Program-made: the position numbers and the translations under genes
In this document: positions 9,368 to 18,842 of the stretch, one piece after another
Layout: each line of letters starts with the position of its first letter
Numbering within the stretch: position 1 is the first letter of the stretch
The notes under the pieces: generated by a model
The model's database searches: none
What the model saw: only the letters and a program-made list of their open reading frames with translations
What the model was told of the DNA's origin: nothing
Assembly (NCBI GenBank): GCA_046296495.1
Contig: JBKBLB010000002.1
Location: forward strand, 22,590-86,589
Length of the DNA stretch: 64,000 bases
From: Bacteroidia bacterium
Lineage (GTDB): Bacteria; Bacteroidota; Bacteroidia; UKL13-3
Reading direction: 5' to 3'

Positions 9368-12300
9368 TTAATGGGCAATTGTAATTTTTTGTTTGCTTGA
9401 ACCAAAAGGTGTTTGAATTTCTAAAAAGTAAATACCATTTTTCAAATCGCTTACATCAATATTGTTTTGGTTGGATTGTTTAATCAGTTTTCCTGATATA
9501 TCAAACATCAGCAGGTTATTTACTGTAAAATCTCCCGCTACGTTTATAACAGTATTAGCCGGATTTGGATATATAACAAAAGTATTATTAGATAATTTTT
9601 TATCTAAACCAATTGTTAAAGTTCCGGCAACCAATGGCATATTATAGGTTTGCGTTGACACCCTTTCGTAATTACCAAGTTTTGCCACCACACGCCAGCG
9701 GGTTTGAAGGGTTTGTCCATTTACCAAATTTAATCTGTTATAAAGTTGCTGAAATGATATAAAATAAGATGTATCAGTTCCATTTAAGTTGCTTAAATCA
9801 TTTATTTTTGGATTAGAAAAATTGCCTGTACTTAAATCAATCTGAAATCTGTATGCTACAGTACCAGGGTAGTTTTTACTTTTTTTAGCCTCATTCCACG
9901 AAAAAGCAAGTGCATTGTTTGTGTCTCCTGCAATGGTTTGAGATACATTGTCAGGTGGAGAAAGCAAAGAAAATGGCCTTAAAGTATCGCCATCGGGGTT
10001 AGCAATAATATCTGTCTCAAAACGAGGCAATATTTGATACCCGTTAAAAGCAAATGGTGCATTAAAACTACTGCTTGTTTGAGAGCCAAAACCAATAATA
10101 TCAAAATATGTAACAGTAGGAACGGGCTTTCCTGCTAATTCACTGGTATTTGGTACTCTAATTAAAATGGTATCATTTAATGGAGATAAAGCATTTACTA
10201 CACTATTATTTGTTGGCCATATTCCATTTGTAGGAGGGGTTATAAATTTTAAATTCTTTATTAGTATTAATTTATTTTCTGCTTCTTCATTTGGTTTCAA
10301 AAATTCAATTGGTAGCTTTAAGTTATTACCGCTTGAAATAAATCTTAATGAATCAGGATTATTGAGAACAGCCAAACCTCTGTTTGATTGAACAGTACCA
10401 CTAATCATAATGCTATCTCCGTTTTTAACGGTATATCCAAAGTTTTGTGTGTTACTTAATACAGTTATTCCACCGGTTGCATCCATTAGTACAAACTGTA
10501 ATCCAATAGTTCTTTGATTTGGTTCGTACACAATACCGTAAAAAGTAACTCTTACATTATTAGAGTCGGGTAAACCGGTTGTTGTGTTTGTTTTAACACA
10601 TGGCCCAATAGGATAGTGTGGTGGCAAACCCAAACCAGAACCTGATGCATAATTAGGTAACGAATAAACACTGTCAATATCGTTTACAACCTGTATTACA
10701 AAATAGTATTTTTTAAATGGAACAAGACCTGAAAGGTTAACAAAATTTGTATCGCCTTTAAATACGCAACGTGCAGCAGTATCAGCAAAAAATCTGGTAC
10801 CGTTTCCGCTTACATTGGCATTAGCATTATATCGGGCAGGCGATAATGTTGCCGAACCCGGTAAAATGGGTGCATCAGGTTTAGCAAATACCAAGGTAGT
10901 GTATCTTGCGTTTACGTAACCTGTAGGTTTAATCCAACTAACGCGAGCAGTTGTAGAAGTTAGTGGAGAAACAATTATATTGGTAACACTATCAAGCGGA
11001 GCGGAAAGTGTGGTTGCATTGCCGGTTGCACCAACTGAGTATGCAGAATCAGCATTTCTTACAACGTAAGCTAAAATATGATATGTTGTTGAACCATTAA
11101 GTCCATTTACTGTTACCGATAAACTATCACTATTCATAACACATCTTGCAAGCGAATCATTCTCGAAACGGCTTACAGCAAGTGTAAAATTATTATTTGC
11201 AATATATTTATTGGGGTTTGCTAATGGATTGCCCTGCACAACAGATGTTGAGGGTTTAACAAAAACCAAGGTAGTCATTGTATTAGCATCATAAGAGCTG
11301 TTTCTTGTCATATTAATTCTAATACTGTTTGAACCTAGTGTTGATGTTGTAAGAGATGATAAAGGCAGGGGAGGAACAACTCCGCTAGTTAATGTAATTG
11401 TGCTGCTAATTCCGGTTGAGTAGGATGTATCAAATTCTCTTACTGATACAACAAAAAAGCTATAAGATGTAAGGGGTTGTAAACCGTCAACATTTACTGA
11501 TGTTAAATCGCCTTTGTAAACGCACTTTGCGGCAGTATCGTTTGGCCATGCCGATCCTAATCCAAAAGTTGTATTGGCATTAAAAATGTTTAAACTAAAT
11601 TTATTATTTGAGCCAATATTTACGGTTGAGCCTTGTTTAGCAAAAACCAATGTAGTAAAGCTATCATTTACATAAAGAGAAGGTTTTTGCCAACTAGCTG
11701 TAAGGGTATTGGCAGACGTTTGGTTCAAAATAAAATTTAACACATTTTGAGGTGGGGATGTTCCTACGCTGTAAAAAACTATTGTTAAACTATCTATTGA
11801 TAGTCCATCATCGCTTCCTGTAACATCAACATCGCTCCATCTAATATATAATGTATCACCGGGTGCTAAAAGTAAATTATCAATTTGTTGATTATATCTA
11901 ATTTGGTTAGCTGTATCGTTGCCAACAAGTGCTCTTGCCGTTCCTCCCAAAACTTTGCTAATTAAGTTTAAGTTACTTTGTTTAATCCAGGTTCCTCTTG
12001 CCGGATTTAACCCAGCGGTGTTAACACCATAAAAAAACTCACTCGAATCAATAGAAGTTCGGCCTCCGGCACGCCATTGTTCCATGGTAAAAGCCAATTG
12101 AACGGCAGTAATAAAACCAGTAGTAGCATTTACAAAATAGCCACCAATATTGCTTCTTAAAGCACCGCTTGCCAAACTTCCCATTGCGCGGTCAGTATTA
12201 TTTGCAACACCAAAACTGTATGTATCACCGGTATTTGCAGAGCCTGGATTTGCTGTATAAATGGCATTAGCTGCGTTTCCTGTTTCAAAAAATAAATAAC

Positions 12301-12442
12301 CTTGCGGCATACGGCTTGAAGTACCTGTTAGTGCCATCGAATCAAAGTTTTCATAGTATGGCACCCCTGTTGATGAAATTATTAGAGGCTGGGCTGAAAG
12401 TTTTAAACTTAGTAGAACCAGAGCAAATGTTAATTTTTTCAT
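9368..12442 (-). CDS. Large T9SS-sorted cell-surface protein with three Fn3-like tandem repeats
   Basis: 1024 aa with a signal peptide. Three ~100-aa repeats (TTLVFAK/VKP...ARCV.KGD...VNLSGL...Y.F). The C-terminal Por-secretion sorting domain reads NGIYFLEIQTPFGSSKQKITI. Confidence 0.75.
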   Translation of the reverse strand: MKKLTFALVLLSLKLSAQPLIISSTGVPYYENFDSMALTGTSSRMPQGYLFFETGNAANAIYTANPGSANTGDTYSFGVANNTDRAMGSLASGALRSNIGGYFVNATTGFITAVQLAFTMEQWRAGGRTSIDSSEFFYGVNTAGLNPARGTWIKQSNLNLISKVLGGTARALVGNDTANQIRYNQQIDNLLLAPGDTLYIRWSDVDVTGSDDGLSIDSLTIVFYSVGTSPPQNVLNFILNQTSANTLTASWQKPSLYVNDSFTTLVFAKQGSTVNIGSNNKFSLNIFNANTTFGLGSAWPNDTAAKCVYKGDLTSVNVDGLQPLTSYSFFVVSVREFDTSYSTGISSTITLTSGVVPPLPLSSLTTSTLGSNSIRINMTRNSSYDANTMTTLVFVKPSTSVVQGNPLANPNKYIANNNFTLAVSRFENDSLARCVMNSDSLSVTVNGLNGSTTYHILAYVVRNADSAYSVGATGNATTLSAPLDSVTNIIVSPLTSTTARVSWIKPTGYVNARYTTLVFAKPDAPILPGSATLSPARYNANANVSGNGTRFFADTAARCVFKGDTNFVNLSGLVPFKKYYFVIQVVNDIDSVYSLPNYASGSGLGLPPHYPIGPCVKTNTTTGLPDSNNVRVTFYGIVYEPNQRTIGLQFVLMDATGGITVLSNTQNFGYTVKNGDSIMISGTVQSNRGLAVLNNPDSLRFISSGNNLKLPIEFLKPNEEAENKLILIKNLKFITPPTNGIWPTNNSVVNALSPLNDTILIRVPNTSELAGKPVPTVTYFDIIGFGSQTSSSFNAPFAFNGYQILPRFETDIIANPDGDTLRPFSLLSPPDNVSQTIAGDTNNALAFSWNEAKKSKNYPGTVAYRFQIDLSTGNFSNPKINDLSNLNGTDTSYFISFQQLYNRLNLVNGQTLQTRWRVVAKLGNYERVSTQTYNMPLVAGTLTIGLDKKLSNNTFVIYPNPANTVINVAGDFTVNNLLMFDISGKLIKQSNQNNIDVSDLKNGIYFLEIQTPFGSSKQKITIAH
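10645..11695 (-). repeat. Three tandem ~300-nt coding repeats (Fn3-like modules) inside the T9SS surface-protein gene
   Basis: The protein-level repeat TTLVF(A/V)K...(A/T)A(K/R)CV(Y/F/M)(K/N)(G/S)D... occurs three times. Coordinates are approximate. Confidence 0.45.
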
Positions 12443-12504
12443 TTTTGTAAAATTTTCGACAAATTTTATTTAAAATTTTGATATTATTTAAAATACTTTC
12501 AAAC

Positions 12505-12537
12505 AAAAAAGCTGACCTTTAGAGTCAGCTTTTTGTT
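12505..12537 (-). terminator. Rho-independent terminator for the MaoC-like gene
   Basis: aaaaGCTGAC-ctttaga-GTCAGCtttt, with a T-run on the - strand (aaacaaaaaa on +). Confidence 0.55.
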
Positions 12538-12540
12538 TAT

Positions 12541-12957
12541 TTACCAAACGTATTGTTTTTTATTCATTAGCAATGCTTCACCGGTAATTGTTTCAGCACC
12601 GCTTTCCACATCAATTACTTTTGTTTCATACAACACCCTGTTTTTTTCTGGGAAAATTTCTTTAACTGTTATTACAGCTTCATATTTGGTTTCAACAAAC
12701 ATTGGTTTTAAAAAAGTTGTATTTTGTTTCATGTAAATATGACCATCTGCGTAAAGCAAAGTGCCGAATATTTTTGTAAAAACACTTGCACTAAAATGTC
12801 CATGAATAATGCATCTTCCGAATATACTTGCTTTTCCGGCTTCTTCGTTTACATGCAATGGGTTGGTGTCTCCGCTTATTTGTGCATATAGGTTTACTTG
12901 CTCTTGAGTGTAACTAAATTGATGTTTAAAAACATCTCCAATTTTTGGTGCGTTCAT
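12541..12957 (-). CDS. MaoC-like (R)-specific enoyl-CoA hydratase / hotdog-fold dehydratase (PhaJ-like)
   Basis: 138 aa; the DTNPLHVNEEAGKASIFGRCIIHG motif is typical of MaoC dehydratases. Confidence 0.8.
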   Translation of the reverse strand: MNAPKIGDVFKHQFSYTQEQVNLYAQISGDTNPLHVNEEAGKASIFGRCIIHGHFSASVFTKIFGTLLYADGHIYMKQNTTFLKPMFVETKYEAVITVKEIFPEKNRVLYETKVIDVESGAETITGEALLMNKKQYVW

Positions 12958-13110
12958 TTTTTGTTAATTTTTTTGTGCGAAATTGAAATTTTATGACGGA
13001 AAAACAAGATAAAATTATTTTTACTGATGCGAAAAAATCACTTTACAGTTTTTTAACAATTGATTTTTGTTAGAATTATCAAGGGTTTTGGCGAATTAAT
13101 AATTAAATAA

Positions 13111-13152
13111 TGCAAAGGTGTTTGGAAATATAAAAATATTGCTACCTTTGCA
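13111..13152 (+). promoter_or_regulatory. 9-bp inverted repeat TGCAAAGGT-N24-ACCTTTGCA with a nested AATAT-N4-ATATT palindrome, ~58 nt upstream of the PhaE-like gene
   Basis: Read directly from the sequence, in the 252-nt divergent intergenic region between the MaoC-like and PhaE-like genes. Confidence 0.3.
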
Positions 13153-13209
13153 GCCGCTTTTGGAGAGGTAAATTCTTTGAAAGTTTAAAACACAAAAATA
13201 AAAACCTTT

Positions 13210-14514
13210 ATGGAAAACAAAAACATCTTTACAAATTTTGCTGAAATGCAAAAACAAGCAATTGAAACTTTTACCACTGCTGCCGAAAACATGCAAAAAA
13301 CTTTTATGAACAACAATGTAAATGTTGATTCGGAGTTTTTTAAAAAATGGTACGATAGCCAAATGGAATGGTTCAACAAAAATAATAGTGGAGAAAATTC
13401 AGCAGCTAATTTCTTTAACAACTGGATGAATGCTCAAATGAATGTGGCTAAACAATGGATGGAAATGGGCTCAAACATGATGAACAATATGAAAGGCAAC
13501 AGCATGAATGCTGATATGAACCATGCTTACAACAACATGATGTCGTTGTTTAACAATTGGATGAGCACCATGACGAATACATATAATGAAATGTTGAAAA
13601 ACATGAGTAATGGTCAGGGTAAATCGGCATTTGAAGGTATGTTTAACAATGCAGAAATGTACATGAAAGCATTTGAATTGTGGATGCCATTAATGAAAGC
13701 CATGAACGATAAAACTTATACACCTGAAAGTTTTAAAAATATGTTCAACGCTGAAATGTTTAAAGATATGATGGATAAAATGTTTGGCATGCAACCTGAA
13801 ATGATGCAAAACATGATGAAGCAAATGATGGATAACATGAAAATGAACATGGGTGGCATGATGGACAACAATAAAATGATGTTTGACAACATGAAAAATA
13901 TGATGGAAAACATGATGCCAAACGGACAGCATATTACATCAAACATGTTGGAAATGTATAATAACTGGTACAACACCATGCACAATGCATCAGCTCCAAT
14001 AATGAAGTTAATGCCAAATGGTAGTGCCAAGCATAATATGGAAACAATGCAGGAAATTGCAAACCAAATGATGGTTTACAATTTAAAAAATTCTCAATTG
14101 CAATACATCATGTACAACACCGGTTTAAAAGCTACCGAAGAAATGGCTAATGAAATGTATGCAAAAATGAGAAATGGTGAAAGCATTGAAAACTTCATTA
14201 AAGTATATCAAAATTGGTTAAACAAAATTGATACTCATTTTGTAAAATTATTCGAAACTGAAGAATATTCTAAAATGATGGCTGAAACAAGCGCCATGCA
14301 GTTGAGACTAAAAAAACAAATTGAAGGTATGATGGAAAAAGCAATGAGCCATCTTCCATTAATTAACAGAACTGAAATGGATGAATTGTATAAAACCATT
14401 CACGAACTAAAAAGCAGAATTCATTCGTTAGAAAAACAATTAGATAACGAAGAAATAGTTGAAGAGGTTAAAGAACCAAAAGCAACATCTAAAAAAACTG
14501 CTAAAACAGCATAG
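13210..14514 (+). CDS. PhaE-like protein (class III PHA synthase subunit E homolog) with an extreme Met/Asn-rich low-complexity expansion
   Basis: 434 aa. The N-terminus (FFKKWYDSQMEWF) and C-terminal ~120 aa align with Allochromatium-type PhaE; the C-terminal match reads SIENFIKVYQNWL...EYSKMM...NRTEMDELYKTIHELKSRIHSLEKQL. The central ~250 aa are ~20% Met, with motifs such as (F/Y)NNWM, NMM and MMDNMKMNMGGMM. There is no signal peptide. Confidence 0.55.
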   Translation: MENKNIFTNFAEMQKQAIETFTTAAENMQKTFMNNNVNVDSEFFKKWYDSQMEWFNKNNSGENSAANFFNNWMNAQMNVAKQWMEMGSNMMNNMKGNSMNADMNHAYNNMMSLFNNWMSTMTNTYNEMLKNMSNGQGKSAFEGMFNNAEMYMKAFELWMPLMKAMNDKTYTPESFKNMFNAEMFKDMMDKMFGMQPEMMQNMMKQMMDNMKMNMGGMMDNNKMMFDNMKNMMENMMPNGQHITSNMLEMYNNWYNTMHNASAPIMKLMPNGSAKHNMETMQEIANQMMVYNLKNSQLQYIMYNTGLKATEEMANEMYAKMRNGESIENFIKVYQNWLNKIDTHFVKLFETEEYSKMMAETSAMQLRLKKQIEGMMEKAMSHLPLINRTEMDELYKTIHELKSRIHSLEKQLDNEEIVEEVKEPKATSKKTAKTA

Positions 14515-14542
14515 TTTATAAAATAATAAAACTTACTAACAG

Positions 14543-14590
14543 CCGCAGACCCGCTTGTTTTTCATAGTTGGGTTTGCGGTTTGTTTTTTT
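14543..14590 (+). terminator. Rho-independent terminator after the PhaE-like gene
   Basis: CCGCAGACCC-N17-GGGTTTGCGG (one G·U pair) followed by tttgttttttttt. Confidence 0.5.
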
Positions 14591-14604
14591 TATGCCTTTG
14601 GTAA

Positions 14605-16320
14605 TTGATTAAAATGAGCATTTTTGTAACAATGAATTATTCTGGAAAACTTAGTTTACTTTTTATTTCTTATTTATTTTTAACAAACCTAAATGCTCAA
14701 AACAATTATATACCGCTTGGAACATTAAGTGAACATTTCCTCGACAGGTTTGAAATTTTAAGTGGTAAACTTCAACAAGAGTATCATACAACTTTAAAAA
14801 GCTACCGAAGATATGCAATAGCCGGTTTTGTTGATAGTTTTCAGGTTGGTTTAATACCTTTGAGTAAAAGAGATTATTTTAATCTTGATTATTTACAGAA
14901 CGATAATTTTGAGTTTTCAAAAAGTGAACAAACTTTTTCAAAATATAAAATATCAAAAAACTTTTACGAAAGAAAAGCCGCCATGTTTAGCGTACAAATA
15001 CCTGATTTTAATTTGGTGGTAAATCCGGTTTTGTACTATGAATTTAATACTGATAAATCAATTGGAGATTACAGCTTAATTAATAATCGTGGGGTTGAAA
15101 TAAGAGGTAATATTACCCGTAAAATTGGTTTTTATACTCAGGTTAGCGATGAAATTTTAATGCCTACCAGTTGGGTTGAGGAAAACTATAGGCAATTTGG
15201 TTATCACCCCGGAGTAAATTTTAGAAAAGGTTATGGTAATTATTACGGATATTTTTTAGCTAACGGTTATGTTACAGCAGCGCTAAATAAATACATGGAT
15301 TTGCAATTTGGTCATTACAGAAATTTTATTGGTGATGGTTACAGAAGTTTTATACTTGGCAATCAGGTACCAGAGTATATGAATATGCGATTAAACACCC
15401 GAATTTGGAAAATGAATTATACAAATATTTGGGCAGAGTTAAGAGAATTTCCGATTACCAATACAACAGGAAGAGAAACACAGCCAAGAAAATACACAGC
15501 AACCCATCACCTTAGTGTTAATGTTACAAAAAATTTAAATGTAGGAATTTTTGAAACCATTATTTTTCAAAGAGACAGCGGTCATAATGTTTCTGGTTTT
15601 GATTTAAATTATTTAAATCCGGTAATATTTTACAAAGCACTTGAGAATGGCTTAAATAGCGTAGATAAAGCCATTATTGGTATGAATTATAAATATAATT
15701 TCTTAAAGCATTTTTCATTATACGGTCAAGTTGTATTAAGTGAGTTTATTTTAGAAAATATAGTTGAACGCAATGGCTGGTGGGGTAATAAATATGCATT
15801 TCAAACAGGGTTAAAATATATAGATATATTTGGCATCAAAAACCTTGACGGGCAATCAGAAATTAACTATTGCAGGCCATATATGTACACTTCGTACAGC
15901 AATCAGCAAACGTTTACACATTTCAGGCAACCCATGGCACATCCGCTAGGTGCAAATTTTAAAGAGTACATTGGAATTTTAAGGTATCAACCAATAAATA
16001 GAATGTTTATTACTGCTAAACTAATTGTTGCCCGATATGGAAACGACACAAACAATAGTAATTGGGGCAGAAACATAACAATTGGTTATTCTCAAAATCC
16101 GGGATTAAATGAGTTTGGAAACTATATATCTCAAGGAGTATTAACAAACCTTTATTTTGGCGAACTTTTATTTAGTTACATGCTTAAACACAATTTATTT
16201 ATTGATACACGATTTGGTTACAGAAAAACAACATCGGCTTTACCTATATTTGAAAGTGATGCACCGTACTTTGCTTTTGGAGTAAGACTAAATATTGCAC
16301 AAAGGTTTTACGATTTTTAA
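14605..16320 (+). CDS. Putative outer-membrane beta-barrel protein (possibly Wzi-like); function unknown
   Basis: 571 aa with a signal peptide (likely start at MNYSGKLSLLFISYLFLTNLNAQ, nt 14632). It is Tyr/Asn/Gly-rich and ends in ...RFYDF, the terminal aromatic typical of OM beta-barrels. Confidence 0.5.
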   Translation: MIKMSIFVTMNYSGKLSLLFISYLFLTNLNAQNNYIPLGTLSEHFLDRFEILSGKLQQEYHTTLKSYRRYAIAGFVDSFQVGLIPLSKRDYFNLDYLQNDNFEFSKSEQTFSKYKISKNFYERKAAMFSVQIPDFNLVVNPVLYYEFNTDKSIGDYSLINNRGVEIRGNITRKIGFYTQVSDEILMPTSWVEENYRQFGYHPGVNFRKGYGNYYGYFLANGYVTAALNKYMDLQFGHYRNFIGDGYRSFILGNQVPEYMNMRLNTRIWKMNYTNIWAELREFPITNTTGRETQPRKYTATHHLSVNVTKNLNVGIFETIIFQRDSGHNVSGFDLNYLNPVIFYKALENGLNSVDKAIIGMNYKYNFLKHFSLYGQVVLSEFILENIVERNGWWGNKYAFQTGLKYIDIFGIKNLDGQSEINYCRPYMYTSYSNQQTFTHFRQPMAHPLGANFKEYIGILRYQPINRMFITAKLIVARYGNDTNNSNWGRNITIGYSQNPGLNEFGNYISQGVLTNLYFGELLFSYMLKHNLFIDTRFGYRKTTSALPIFESDAPYFAFGVRLNIAQRFYDF

Positions 16321-16342
16321 TTTTTTATTGAACCTATAGCAA

Positions 16343-17638
16343 ATGGAATTTAAAGATAATTATACAACAGCAGAAGAAGCAATAAGCTTAATTAAATCGG
16401 GGCAAAGGGTTTACTTGCATGGAAGTGCTGCAACACCAATTTGTTTAATAAATGAACTTATTAAACAAAAAGACAGATTAAAAGATGTTGAACTGGTAAA
16501 TATTACTTTACAAGGAACCAATTTAAACAAACCAGAACTTGAAGGACATTTTTATATTAATTCCTTATTTGTATCAGAAAGTAATAGAGAGGCTGTAAAT
16601 TCAAGCATTGGAGCTTATGTACCGGTTTTTTTAAGCGAAATTCCGGGGTTATTTAAAAAAAACATACTTCCAGTAGATGTTGCCATTATTCAGGTATCAC
16701 CACCTGATAAGCATGGTTATTGCTCATTAGGAACTTCTGTAGATATTGCAAAAGCAGCTTTTAACAGTGCAAAACAAGTAATTGCTCAGGTAAATCCTAA
16801 AATGCCTCGTGTACATGGCGATGCTTTTATACCATTTAATAAAATTACAAAAGCTGTTTGGGTTGAAGACGATTTGCCTGAAGTAAGTTTTAGCAGTAAA
16901 GCTAACGAAGCAACTGATAAAATCGGTAAAATAATAGCCGAATTAATTGAAGATGGTTCAACACTACAAATGGGTATTGGCACCATTCCTGATTCTGTTT
17001 TAAAAAACTTAACAAACCATAAAGATTTGGGAATACATACAGAAATGTTTTCTGATGGTGCAATTCCGCTTATTAAAAACGGAACGATTAATAACAGCAA
17101 AAAGAAAATTGTAAAAGGTTACAATGTTACATCGTTTTTAATTGGTTCACGAGAATTATATGATTTTGTTGACGACAATCCAATAGTAAAAGCACTTGAT
17201 ATTGATTTTGTTAATGATCCGGTTGTTATAAAACAAAACCCTAAAGTAGTTGCCATAAACAGTGCTATTGAAATAGATTTTACCGGTCAGGTTTGTGCAG
17301 ATTCAATAGGCACTTATCAATACTCTGGAATTGGAGGGCAAATGGATTTTATTAGAGGTGCTTCACTTTCTGAGGGTGGAAAACCAATAATTGCTTTGCC
17401 AAGTTGCACCGGTAAAGGTGTTTCGAGAATTGTTCCTACGCTAAAGCAAGGTGCAGGAGTTGTTACAACCAGAGGTCATGTACATTGGGTAGTTACTGAG
17501 TTTGGTGCTGTAAACTTATATGGTTTAAATCTTCAACAAAGGGCAAAAGCACTAATTAGTTTAGCTCATCCGCAATATAGAGAATACTTAGAAAAATCTT
17601 ATTTCGAGCGTTTCGTAAAACAAAGTCATAATAAATAA
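16343..17638 (+). CDS. Acetyl-CoA hydrolase/transferase family protein (4-hydroxybutyrate CoA-transferase-like)
   Basis: 431 aa with the typical family architecture, including LHGSAATP in the N-terminal domain and GIGGQMDF and GGKPIIALPS in the C-terminal domain. Confidence 0.8.
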   Translation: MEFKDNYTTAEEAISLIKSGQRVYLHGSAATPICLINELIKQKDRLKDVELVNITLQGTNLNKPELEGHFYINSLFVSESNREAVNSSIGAYVPVFLSEIPGLFKKNILPVDVAIIQVSPPDKHGYCSLGTSVDIAKAAFNSAKQVIAQVNPKMPRVHGDAFIPFNKITKAVWVEDDLPEVSFSSKANEATDKIGKIIAELIEDGSTLQMGIGTIPDSVLKNLTNHKDLGIHTEMFSDGAIPLIKNGTINNSKKKIVKGYNVTSFLIGSRELYDFVDDNPIVKALDIDFVNDPVVIKQNPKVVAINSAIEIDFTGQVCADSIGTYQYSGIGGQMDFIRGASLSEGGKPIIALPSCTGKGVSRIVPTLKQGAGVVTTRGHVHWVVTEFGAVNLYGLNLQQRAKALISLAHPQYREYLEKSYFERFVKQSHNK

Positions 17639-17676
17639 AAAAACCGCTTCTATTATAAAATGAAGCGGTTTTTTTG
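17638..17676. terminator. Bidirectional rho-independent terminator between convergent genes
   Basis: aaaaaaaCCGCTTC-tattataaaat-GAAGCGGttttttt, with an A-run before and a T-run after. Confidence 0.6.
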
Positions 17677-17693
17677 TACTAGGTACAAGAATT

Positions 17694-18134
17694 CTATTCT
17701 TCTACAACATCAAGTCCTATTTCTACTGATACATCTCTGTGTAGGTTTAATGTAGCTTTGTATGAACCAAGGGTTTTTATATCATCCAATTCAATTTTTC
17801 TTCTGTCAATATCAAATCCTTTGGTTTTTAAAACTTGCGAAACCTGTAAAGGAGTAACCGAGCCAAATATTTTACCGTTTGAACCGGCTTTGGTGGCAAT
17901 GCTTACATTTAAATCTTTCAACTGATTGGCTAATTCCAAAGCATCGTTTTTCAATTTTTCGCGTTTTAATGCTCCTTGACGGTTGTTTTCTTCAAGCATT
18001 CTTAAGTTTCCCGGAGTAGCCATAATGGCGTATCCTTTTGGAAATAAAAAGTTATTTGCATAACCGTTTTTTACTTCCACAACATCACCTTGATGACCAA
18101 GATTTTTAAGATTTTCTTTTAATATTACTTTCAT
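17694..18134 (-). CDS. rplI: 50S ribosomal protein L9
   Basis: MKVILKENLKNLGHQGDVVEVKNGYANNFLFPKG. Confidence 0.9.
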   Translation of the reverse strand: MKVILKENLKNLGHQGDVVEVKNGYANNFLFPKGYAIMATPGNLRMLEENNRQGALKREKLKNDALELANQLKDLNVSIATKAGSNGKIFGSVTPLQVSQVLKTKGFDIDRRKIELDDIKTLGSYKATLNLHRDVSVEIGLDVVEE

Positions 18135-18147
18135 TTCGTGGTCTCCT

Positions 18148-18429
18148 TTATTTTAATGAATCGCCTGAAAATGGAATAATTGCAAGATGTCGGGCGCGTT
18201 TAATTGCTCTTGATAACTGACGTTGATATTTTAATGAGGTGCCTGTTAACCTGCGAGGAAGAATTTTTCCCTGCTCGTTTACAAACTTCATTAAAAAGTT
18301 AGGGTCTTTGTAATCAATGTAAAATATGCCGTGTTTTTTAAATCGGCAATATTTTTTCTTTAACGGTGTTTCAGGAGTTGTGTTAAAAACCGTTAGCGGA
18401 TTTTGTTGTGTTGTTGTTGCTTTACTCAT
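18148..18429 (-). CDS. rpsR: 30S ribosomal protein S18
   Basis: [16 protein letters not shown]...[32 protein letters not shown]. Confidence 0.9.
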   Translation of the reverse strand: MSKATTTQQNPLTVFNTTPETPLKKKYCRFKKHGIFYIDYKDPNFLMKFVNEQGKILPRRLTGTSLKYQRQLSRAIKRARHLAIIPFSGDSLK

Positions 18430-18431
18430 GA

Positions 18432-18842
18432 TTACTTAGCTCCTTCCTGTTTAACGTCTTTTTTTGATTGATTAAATTCACCGTTGCGTTTACGTTGGTT
18501 GTAAACTACGGCATGTTTGTTTAAGGAAACAGTTAAATAGCGCATAATGCGTTCGTCTCTTCTAAAAGCAAGTTCAAATTTCGAAATAAACTCTGCAGGT
18601 GCTTTAAACTCGTACACATGGTAAAAACCGGTGGTTTTTTTCTGTATTGGGTATGCAAGTTTAGTTAAGCCCCAGTTTTCTTCATGAACCAGCTCTCCAG
18701 AATTTTCCGTTATCATATTACGGTATTTGCTAACTGCATCCTTCAGTTGCTCTTCGGAGAGTACGGGAGTGAAAATGATCACTGACTCATAATCATTTAA
18801 AACAACCGACTCATTTTTTTTGGTCTTTGTTTTTGTTGCCAT
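18432..18842 (-). CDS. rpsF: 30S ribosomal protein S6
   Basis: YESVIIFTP...[24 protein letters not shown]; first gene of the rpsF-rpsR-rplI operon. Confidence 0.9.
   Translation of the reverse strand: MATKTKTKKNESVVLNDYESVIIFTPVLSEEQLKDAVSKYRNMITENSGELVHEENWGLTKLAYPIQKKTTGFYHVYEFKAPAEFISKFELAFRRDERIMRYLTVSLNKHAVVYNQRKRNGEFNQSKKDVKQEGAK

Noticed and set aside
12958-13209. Possible SAM or methionine riboswitch upstream of the Met-rich gene
   Set aside because: No SAM-I, SAM-II or T-box-like conserved core could be found. There is only a simple hairpin, reported separately as a finding.
13096-13421. Two overlapping minus-strand ORFs (88 and 78 aa) across the PhaE-like promoter and 5' end
   Set aside because: Low-complexity Phe/Leu/Lys-rich translation of AT-rich DNA, overlapping the start of a better-supported gene.
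13690-14030. His-rich minus-strand ORFs (MLSVWHHVFHHIFHVV... and others) overlapping the PhaE-like gene
   Set aside because: They are the antisense reading of the Met codons (ATG read as CAT = His). They are entirely contained in a strongly supported sense gene and have no independent start context.
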